From: a virus
Lineage: Duplodnaviria; Caudoviricetes
Reading direction: 5' to 3' (one strand)
Length of the DNA stretch: 39,505 nucleotides
Virus record (IMG/VR): IMGVR_UViG_3300037714_000280
Location: 1-39,505 of that record
Position numbers and translations under genes: made by a program. How positions within the stretch are numbered: position 1 is the stretch's first letter; each line of letters opens with the position of its first letter. This document shows, one piece after another, positions 33,194 through 39,505 of this stretch. The notes beneath the pieces are model-generated. The model had not been told where the DNA came from. It saw only the letters and a program-made list of their open reading frames with translations, and did not search any database.

Positions 33194-33690
33194 TGGCCCA
33201 TGCCCCGGAAGTGCGCCAGGCGGTGCGCCGCAGCTATGTGATTGAGCGGCTGCCGCTGGAGGCCGCCTGCGAGAAGCACCAGGTCAGCTACCACACCGGG
33301 CGCAACTGGAAGCGCGTCGACAAGGAAGCGGGTGACGACTGGGACCGGGCGCGGGCCGCCTCGCGCATGGCTGCCGGTGGCCTGGGCGATCTGACCACCC
33401 AGGTGCTGGAGGAGTTCGCGCTGCTGTTCCAGGCGACGATGGAACAGATCGGCTCGGGCGAATACGACGGCCTGCAGAAGGCCGAGGCCATGAGCCGGCT
33501 GGCGGATGCCTACACCAAGACGGTGAAGGCGGCCGGGGGCGGGGATTCGAAGATCGCGCGGCTGGCCGTGGCGATGGAGGTGCTGGAGAAGCTGGTCGCC
33601 TTCGTGCAGCTGCACTATCCGCAGCAGGGTGCCGCGCTGCTGGAGGTGCTGGAGCCGTTTGGCGAGGAGCTGAGTCGGGCGTATGCGTGA
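33193..33690 (+). CDS. Putative terminase small subunit (DUF1804-like), 165 aa
   Basis: MAH..E.R..VR..Y, WK......GDDWD.AR.A, LLEVLEPFG..L; upstream of terL. Confidence 0.8.
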   Translation: MAHAPEVRQAVRRSYVIERLPLEAACEKHQVSYHTGRNWKRVDKEAGDDWDRARAASRMAAGGLGDLTTQVLEEFALLFQATMEQIGSGEYDGLQKAEAMSRLADAYTKTVKAAGGGDSKIARLAVAMEVLEKLVAFVQLHYPQQGAALLEVLEPFGEELSRAYA

Positions 33691-33808
33691 TCCCTTGCTT
33701 AAAGGTTTACGCCTCGTTTCTTCCCGGCGAGCACGAAAATTAAGAAAGCGGGGGACGTTCGTCTGGTGGATGCCCTGCTTTGGTTGGGTGTGGAAACGCA
33801 ATGGCTAA
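33683..33808 (+). CDS. 41-aa cationic Trp-rich peptide between terS and terL
   Basis: MRDPLLKGLRLVSSRRARKLRKRGTFVWWMPCFGWVWKRNG*; 8-nt overlaps with both neighbours; below the ORF-track cut-off. Confidence 0.45.
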   Translation: MRDPLLKGLRLVSSRRARKLRKRGTFVWWMPCFGWVWKRNG

Positions 33809-35414
33809 GCTCTCCTCCCGCCAATTCGCCCGGCAGCTGTCAGAGCTTGCCGCCGGTTTCCGCCAGCAGATCGAGGCGCAGGTCAGCGGGTTCGATCCGG
33901 ACCCGGCGGCCTCGCGCACGCGGCGGCAGCAGGCCGATCAGGATTTCGGGTTTTTCGCCCGCACCTATTTCCCGCACTACGTCACCAAACCCAACAGCCG
34001 GCTGCACGATTACCTCTATGCTCGCCTGCCGGAGATCGCCGACTCGGCCGAGAGCGAGACCGATGCGATCGCGGCGCCGCGTGGCGAGGCCAAGTCCACC
34101 ATCACCTCGCAGATCTTCGTCATCTGGTGCGTGGTCACTGGGCGCAAGTGGTATCCGATCATCGGTATGGATGCCTTCGATCAGTCTGCCATCATGCTGG
34201 AAGCGATCAAGGCGGAGCTGGAGAGCAACCCGCGCCTGGCAATGGATTACCCGGAGGCGACCGGCCAGGGGCGGGTGTGGCAGGCCGGGGTGATCCTCAC
34301 GGCCAACGACCGCAAGATCGAGGCGGTGGGCTCCGGCAAGCGTATCCGTGGCCGCCGGCATGGCGCCCATCGTCCCGACCTGTTCGTGGGCGATGATCTG
34401 GAAAACGACGAGAACGTGCGCACGCCGGAGCAGCGCGACAAGCTGCAGGGCTGGCTCACCAAGGCCGTGCTGAAGCTCGGCGGCGCCGGGGAGAAATTCG
34501 ACACCATCATCATCGGCACCATCCTGCATTACGACTCGGTGCTGAACCGCCTGCTCAAGAACCCGCTGTGGCGCGGCATGAAATTCAAGGCGCTGATTCA
34601 GTGGCCGGACCGCATGGATCTATGGGACCGCTGGGAGGAGCTGCTGCTCAACCAGGGCAAAGCGGCGGCGGATGCCTTCTATTCCGAGCGCCGCGCCGAG
34701 ATGGATGCCGGCGCCGAGGTGAGCTGGCCGGCCGGGCGGCCGCTGATGGACCTGATGGTGATCCGGGCCCGCGATGGCCACGCGTCGTTCGATTCCGAGC
34801 TGCAAAACGATCCGCTCTCCGATGATGATGCGCCGTTTGCGAAGGTGATCACCTTCTGGGTCAACCGCCTGGCGGACTGGATCTTCTATGGCGCCTGTGA
34901 TCCGTCGCTGGGCAAGGCGGGCGCTTCGCGTGATCCGTCCGCCATCCTGGTCGGCGGATTCAAGCGCGACACCGGCATCCTCGACGTGGTCGAGGCCAGC
35001 ATTCGCAAGCGGCTGCCGGATCGCATTATCGAGGACGTGATCGGTTTCCAGGATGAATACCGCTGCCTGCTGTGGGTGGTGGAGACGGTCCAGTTCCAGG
35101 AGTTCCTGCATACCGAGCTGATCAAGCGCGCGGCGGCGCGCGGCATCCCGGTGCCGGCCCGCGCCGTGAAACCCATCACCGACAAGCTGCTGCGCATCGA
35201 GAGCCTGCAGCCACACATGGCCAACGGGCTGATCCGGTTGCATCCCTCGCAGGTAACGCTCATCGAGCAGCTGCGGCATTTCCCCAAGGCGGACCATGAC
35301 GATGGTCCGGATGCATTGCACATGCTGTGGATGGCGGCGCTGTCCGGTGCCGGCGGCGTGCCGCAGATCAGCACCCGTGGCCGTCGCCAGACCACCGATT
35401 TGATGAGGTATTGA
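33801..35414 (+). CDS. terL: Terminase large subunit (Mu gp28-like), 537 aa
   Basis: APRGEAKST (Walker A), RGRRHG..RPDL..GDDLEND, ACDPS, HDDGPDAL nuclease motif. Confidence 0.93.
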   Translation: MAKLSSRQFARQLSELAAGFRQQIEAQVSGFDPDPAASRTRRQQADQDFGFFARTYFPHYVTKPNSRLHDYLYARLPEIADSAESETDAIAAPRGEAKSTITSQIFVIWCVVTGRKWYPIIGMDAFDQSAIMLEAIKAELESNPRLAMDYPEATGQGRVWQAGVILTANDRKIEAVGSGKRIRGRRHGAHRPDLFVGDDLENDENVRTPEQRDKLQGWLTKAVLKLGGAGEKFDTIIIGTILHYDSVLNRLLKNPLWRGMKFKALIQWPDRMDLWDRWEELLLNQGKAAADAFYSERRAEMDAGAEVSWPAGRPLMDLMVIRARDGHASFDSELQNDPLSDDDAPFAKVITFWVNRLADWIFYGACDPSLGKAGASRDPSAILVGGFKRDTGILDVVEASIRKRLPDRIIEDVIGFQDEYRCLLWVVETVQFQEFLHTELIKRAAARGIPVPARAVKPITDKLLRIESLQPHMANGLIRLHPSQVTLIEQLRHFPKADHDDGPDALHMLWMAALSGAGGVPQISTRGRRQTTDLMRY

Positions 35415-35415
35415 T

Positions 35416-36921
35416 ATGGACACCGGCGACCTGAAGAAGGCGAGCAAGAACAACCTGGCCCAGGAGATCGCCTCCCGCAGCACGGATCCCGATTTCTATG
35501 GCGCCCTGAGCTACCTGCCCAACCCGGACCCGATCCTGCGCAAGCTGGGCCGCACCGATGAGGTGTACGAGGCCATCGTGATGGATTCCCATGTGCTGGG
35601 CGATCTGCGCTCCGTGCGTGCCGGCATGATTGAGTACGAATGGCGCCTGCAGGCCGGCGGCTCCTCGCCCGCCGATGCGCGAGCGCTGGAGCTGTGCGAG
35701 CAGATCTTCAGCGAGCGTCCGGCGCCGGGCATGCGTTGGGCGGATGTGATTTGGAACATGGGCCAGGCGGTGTTCCGCGGCTACGCGGTGCATGAGGTGG
35801 TGTGGGAGCGGCGGGACCGGTTCCTGGTCCCCGTTAAGGTGATCGATCGTCCGCAGCGACGGTTCCTGTTCTCGCCGGACAACGAGCTGCGCCTGAAGAC
35901 GCGCGCCAACCCGGTGGAGGGCGTGGAGTTGGGTGCCTATAAATGGCTGCTCTCCCGACACATGCCCTCGCATGACAACCCCTATGGGGTCGCGCTGCTG
36001 TCCTCCTGTTTCTGGCCCTATACCTTCAAGCATTCCGGATTCCGCTACTTCGTAAAGTTCTGCGAGAAATACGGCATCCCCTGGGCCATCGGCCGCTATC
36101 CAGAAGGCACCCCCAAGGCGCAGCAGGATGAGCTGGCCGCTGCGCTGGCGGTGATGATCGAGGATGCGGTGGCGGCCATCCCGGACAATGGCAAGGTGGA
36201 GCTGCTGGAGGCGAAGCATTCGGGTGAGGTCGTGCACGAACGCATGATCAATATCTGCAACCGTGAGATGTCCAAGGCGCTCACCTCGCAGACCCTGGCC
36301 ACCGAGATCCAGGGCGACGGCAGCCGGGCGGCGTCGGAAACCCACCGCGAGCGCGAGACCTCGGTGAACGAATCCGATCGCTCCGTGATCTGTGACACCT
36401 TCAACGAACTGCTGGCCTGGATCACCGAGATCAATATCCCCGGGGCGCTGCCGCCGACCTTTGAATTCTACGAGGAGGCCGAGGCGCGGCAGGACTGGGT
36501 GGAGGTGCTGGAAAAGGCGCGGACCTTCATGGATATCCCCGCCCAGTTCGCCTACGAGCGCATGCAGATCCCGATGCCGGAAAACGGCGAGGCCGTGCTG
36601 CCGCGGGGTGGCGCGGCGCCGGGCGCCGGCCTGCAGTTCAGTGCGCCCGCATGCCCGCATTGTGGCACGGTGCACGACCACGCCGCAGCCACGGATACCG
36701 TGGCGCCCATCGCCGAGCAGGCGGCTGGCCAGGCCGACACCCTAATCGAGAGCATGGTCGACGAGGTGCGTGCACTGCTCGATCGGGTGGACACCCTGGA
36801 GGCGTTCCGCGACGGGCTGGTGGAGCTGTACCCCGGCATCGATGACACCAAACTGGGGGAGCTCACCAGCCTGGCCCTGATGACCGGGATGCTGGATGGG
36901 ATGGATGAGGCGCAACGATAG
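35416..36921 (+). CDS. Portal protein (Mu gp29, DUF935-like), 501 aa
   Basis: NPDPIL, GYAV.EVVW, NPYG.ALL, F.EKYG.P, SKAL..QTL.T motifs. Confidence 0.92.
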   Translation: MDTGDLKKASKNNLAQEIASRSTDPDFYGALSYLPNPDPILRKLGRTDEVYEAIVMDSHVLGDLRSVRAGMIEYEWRLQAGGSSPADARALELCEQIFSERPAPGMRWADVIWNMGQAVFRGYAVHEVVWERRDRFLVPVKVIDRPQRRFLFSPDNELRLKTRANPVEGVELGAYKWLLSRHMPSHDNPYGVALLSSCFWPYTFKHSGFRYFVKFCEKYGIPWAIGRYPEGTPKAQQDELAAALAVMIEDAVAAIPDNGKVELLEAKHSGEVVHERMINICNREMSKALTSQTLATEIQGDGSRAASETHRERETSVNESDRSVICDTFNELLAWITEINIPGALPPTFEFYEEAEARQDWVEVLEKARTFMDIPAQFAYERMQIPMPENGEAVLPRGGAAPGAGLQFSAPACPHCGTVHDHAAATDTVAPIAEQAAGQADTLIESMVDEVRALLDRVDTLEAFRDGLVELYPGIDDTKLGELTSLALMTGMLDGMDEAQR

Positions 36922-36930
36922 GAGAAGCAC

Positions 36931-37332
36931 ATGCCGCAGTGGATTGAGGAAACGATTAACTGGTGGATTTCTGGATGGCTCGGCCTGCTGCTGTACTGGG
37001 TGCCGATGGCGTTATGTGTGATTGGCTACATGCTGGATGCCCTGCACCTGGCACGGCAGGATCGCATCAACCGATCTAATGGCGGGGACCGTTTCGGAGC
37101 TTAACTGGTTTATAAGCCGCAGCTCACCGTGGGTCATTTGATTGAGTGGCCATTTCTCAGCGCCGTTCCAGTGGTGAATCTATTGATCGCCATTTTTGAT
37201 CACGGGCCAGACCTGTTCGGTGGGGTATTCAAACACCTCGACCGATTCTTTGAAATGCCGCTGCTACCGGATTCGGATCGTTGGCAAAAGTTGCGCGAAG
37301 AGCAGCTGCGGGATGCCAAGCCAGATTCCTGA
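36931..37332 (+). pseudogene. Membrane-protein gene interrupted by one in-frame TAA (37102-37104)
   Basis: AGGAG SD and ATG 36931 (MPQWIEE...LLYWVPMALCVIGY...FGA*); the same frame continues LVYKPQLTVGHLI...PVVNLLIAIFD... to TGA 37332, which overlaps the next ATG. Confidence 0.7.
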
Positions 37333-37580
37333 TGAAGTGGTCCCGGCATGCCCTAGACCGGTGGCGGGAACGCTTTCCAGATCTGGATGCCGAGACCGAG
37401 TGGGCCCGCTCTCGCCGGGTCGGCCGCAAGGGCAAGCGCAGGCTCCGGGAGCGATGCCCCGCCCATGCGGAGCTGATGCGTGGCGGGTTCCAGGGATTCT
37501 TCTACCGGATCTCGCGCAACAACGTGGTGTTCGTGGTGGCAGCGCCGGAGACCATTGTGACGGTGTTCCCGTATAGGTGA
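37332..37580 (+). CDS. Small basic protein, possible RelE/BECR-like fold, 82 aa
   Basis: TGATG coupling; S.HA.DRW.ER N-terminal helix and VFVV....IVTV C-terminal strands. Confidence 0.6.
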   Translation: MKWSRHALDRWRERFPDLDAETEWARSRRVGRKGKRRLRERCPAHAELMRGGFQGFFYRISRNNVVFVVAAPETIVTVFPYR

Positions 37581-37786
37581 TCGGACCGATGAGCAAAGCA
37601 AGACAGCGTAGGTGCTCGGCCTATGACCTGGGTGTGCAGGATTACAAAATCGGTCTCGGTTTACGTTGGAAAAGACATCCGTACATCCGTGCTTATCGTG
37701 CCGGATATCACAGCATGAGGCGCGATCGACCCAGATCCATCTGGACCTGGTTACTGAGAATGACGCTCGGAAAAGGATTTAACTGA
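37577..37786 (+). CDS. Small basic hypothetical protein, 65-69 aa
   Basis: GTGA and TGATG coupling; AY..G..D...G.....HPY...Y..GY pattern. Confidence 0.55.
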   Translation: MIGPMSKARQRRCSAYDLGVQDYKIGLGLRWKRHPYIRAYRAGYHSMRRDRPRSIWTWLLRMTLGKGFN

Positions 37787-39030
37787 TGCCTGATATTCGG
37801 CCCGGCAGCCTGCCCTTCCAGGAGGCCATCGATGCCTTCCGCAGCAAGCTGGATATCCCATCCCAGCACTGGGACGATCTGCTGGGCGAGGTGCACGCCA
37901 AGGCTTTCACCATCGCCGGCGCCACCCAGGCGGATCTGCTCGCCGATCTGCGCAGCGCCGTCGACCAGGCCATCACCGACGGCACCACCATCACTGATTT
38001 CCGCAAGCGGTTCGACCAGGCGGTCGCGGATCATGGCTGGACCTACAAGGGCCAGCGCGGGTGGCGGACCCGGGTGATCTACGACACCAACCTGCGCACC
38101 GCCCGCATGGCAGGCAAGTGGGACCAGTTCCAGCGCACCAAGGAAAACCGCCCTTATCTCCAGTACCAGACCGTGGGCGATGCCCGTGTCCGCCCGGAGC
38201 ATGCCGCCTGGGACGAGCGGGTGCTGTCCGTCGATGATCCCTGGTGGAATACCCACTACCCACCGAACGGCTGGGGCTGCCGCTGCACCGTGCGGTCGCT
38301 GTCCGATCAGCAGCTGCAGCGCGAGGGGCTATCCGTCTCCGAGGCACCGCCTGTGGAGACCACGGAGCGCATCAATACCGGCAGCGGCGAGATCTACGGG
38401 GAGGTTCCGCAGGGCATCGATACCGGTTGGGATTACAACGTGGGAAAGGCCTGGCTCGGGCCCGATGTCGCCTTCGGCGAGAAGCTGATGGGCCTGCCCA
38501 CCGGCATGCGTACCGCCGCCCTGGAAAATGCCCAGGCGCTGGCGCCCCACCTGGAAAAGACCTTCAGCCCCTGGGTGAACCGGCTGCTGACCCGCAAGCA
38601 GCCACTGGGCGAGATCCGCACGGTTGGGTACCTCTCCCCCCGCCAGGTCGAGGAGCTGATCCGGCGTGGCCAGCCACCCACCACCGCCGTCATCACCGCC
38701 ACCGACAAGGATGTCATGCACCTGCTGCGGGACGCCAAGGACGGCAAGCACATCCCGGCCGATATGGTCCGCTCCCTGCCTGAGCACATCACCCAGCCGC
38801 GGGCAGTGCTCTGGGACAAGCGCGATCCGGCCCTGGTCTACGTATTCGATATCCCGGGCGAGCAGCGGGATGGAAAGGTGGTGGTCAGAGTGAACTACCG
38901 GGTCAAGGGGCAAGGCCCGGATGGAGAACGCCGATCCCTGCAGACGAACAGCGTGCGGACTGGCGGGCTGGTGCAGGTGAGGAACCTAGCCGATGGGAAT
39001 ATCTATGACCTGGTAGAAGGGGAGCTGTGA
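37786..39030 (+). CDS. MuF (gp30-like) head morphogenesis protein with C-terminal extension, 414 aa
   Basis: AFTIAG, R.RVIYDTN, D.RVRPEH..W, W.THYPPNGWGCRC, GID.GWDYNVG; about 190 extra C-terminal residues. Confidence 0.9.
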   Translation: MPDIRPGSLPFQEAIDAFRSKLDIPSQHWDDLLGEVHAKAFTIAGATQADLLADLRSAVDQAITDGTTITDFRKRFDQAVADHGWTYKGQRGWRTRVIYDTNLRTARMAGKWDQFQRTKENRPYLQYQTVGDARVRPEHAAWDERVLSVDDPWWNTHYPPNGWGCRCTVRSLSDQQLQREGLSVSEAPPVETTERINTGSGEIYGEVPQGIDTGWDYNVGKAWLGPDVAFGEKLMGLPTGMRTAALENAQALAPHLEKTFSPWVNRLLTRKQPLGEIRTVGYLSPRQVEELIRRGQPPTTAVITATDKDVMHLLRDAKDGKHIPADMVRSLPEHITQPRAVLWDKRDPALVYVFDIPGEQRDGKVVVRVNYRVKGQGPDGERRSLQTNSVRTGGLVQVRNLADGNIYDLVEGEL

Positions 39031-39126
39031 CCGCCCAGGGGGTACGCCATCCTCCCCGTAAGAGTAGCCGGATTGCTCCGGGTACCCAACCGGACCGGCG
39101 ATTTCCCGGTTGTCAGGGCGGCCACA
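39026..39126 (+). ncRNA. Candidate four-way-junction structured RNA directly after muF
   Basis: Closing stem TGTG-A-CCGCCC/GGGCGG-C-CACA enclosing three hairpins; loops contain complementary CGCC/GGCG. Folded by eye only. Confidence 0.5.
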
Positions 39127-39279
39127 ACTGCCCCTCATGATAGAGCATCGGCAGCGTATGGCAACTGATTAAGTATGTTTTAAACCGGTTTCAAGGCGGG
39201 ATTGATGGCAATTTTTGGGTAATTATTCACCAGCAATCTGGCCATTTATTACTGGTAAAAAGACCACTATCTGAGCATT

Positions 39280-39385
39280 TCTGTCGCAAATTGAGTGTTA
39301 ATCCGTTCTTGCCCGTGATCCTCTAAGTGGGCGTTTTTGTTTTTGTTTTCTGTTTTTTTCCTTCTTCTCCCTTGTCTCATTCTTA
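39280..39385 (-). promoter_or_regulatory. Transposase-binding sites at the muF end (L-end-like)
   Basis: 39280-39292 is the exact reverse complement of 852-864 (AATTTGCGACAGA). A second core, TGAGACA (39379-39373), lies at positions 20-26 from the terminus. The two cores are 91 bp apart. Confidence 0.8.
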
Positions 39386-39398
39386 ACATCTCCCCACA

Positions 39399-39403
39399 CT
39401 TGA
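39399..39403 (+). repeat. 5-bp target-site duplication, right copy (CTTGA)
   Basis: Follows the terminal CA at 39397-39398; identical to 832-836. Confidence 0.92.
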
Positions 39404-39463
39404 GCGCTGGCCTCGAGCGGCGTGCCTGGAATGTACTGGCAGAGCGCTCCGGCTTGAGCGTCT

Positions 39464-39485
39464 GTAGGAGCGGCCCAGGCCGCGA
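39464..39485 (+). repeat. Host GTAG-family REP-like element
   Basis: GTAGGA followed by the palindrome GCGGCC-CA-GGCCGC then GA, the layout of gammaproteobacterial GTAG REPs; single copy in the window. Confidence 0.55.
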
Positions 39486-39505
39486 AAAATAGCGGGCACG
39501 GCCCC

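Larger units (their letters stand above)
837..39398. mobile_element. Complete Mu-like transposable prophage, siphovirus-type tail, 38,562 bp
   Basis: TG...CA termini, 5-bp direct duplication, shared end motifs, DDE transposase plus AAA ATPase, and Ner, Gam, Mor/C, Mu gp25-gp30-like and gp36/gp37-like genes. Confidence 0.96.

Noticed and set aside
39026-39126. Cloverleaf as a bona fide tRNA gene or intrinsic terminator
   Set aside because: No TTCG T-loop, no 7-nt anticodon loop, and no U-tract after the stem; kept only as a candidate novel structured RNA.
39453-39460. Second CTTGAGCG as an alternative right boundary
   Set aside because: Not preceded by CA, and the end motif spacing fits only the 39398 terminus.

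Overview
The window holds what looks like one complete, 38,562-bp Mu-like (transposable) prophage at 837..39398. It has TG...CA ends, a 5-bp CTTGA target duplication and matching transposase-binding motifs at both ends. It is inserted about 100 bp upstream of a host oligopeptidase A gene (prlC, partial, minus strand). The virion genes look siphovirus-like (tail tube, chaperone, tape measure; no recognisable sheath, baseplate, gin or mom). The gene order is unusual. The repressor/ner switch sits near the middle, and the late genes are split into two outward-facing arms: protease-capsid-tail-methylase to the left, and transposition-lysis-terminase-portal-MuF to the right. Each late block starts with an identical 16-bp dyad promoter that appears to give a leaderless mRNA. 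Main leads: (i) a MuF head protein with a nuclease-like C-terminal extension, no immunity ORF after it, and instead a compact four-way-junction RNA with a possible loop-loop kiss; (ii) the half-genome inversion around a central, possibly gyrase-site-like, duplicated accessory locus; (iii) a structured leader on the D12-class methyltransferase; (iv) a collagen-fibre cassette in the head-neck module; (v) several small ORFs missing from the ORF track. All family calls come from motif recognition and synteny by eye. No database searches or folding programs were run.
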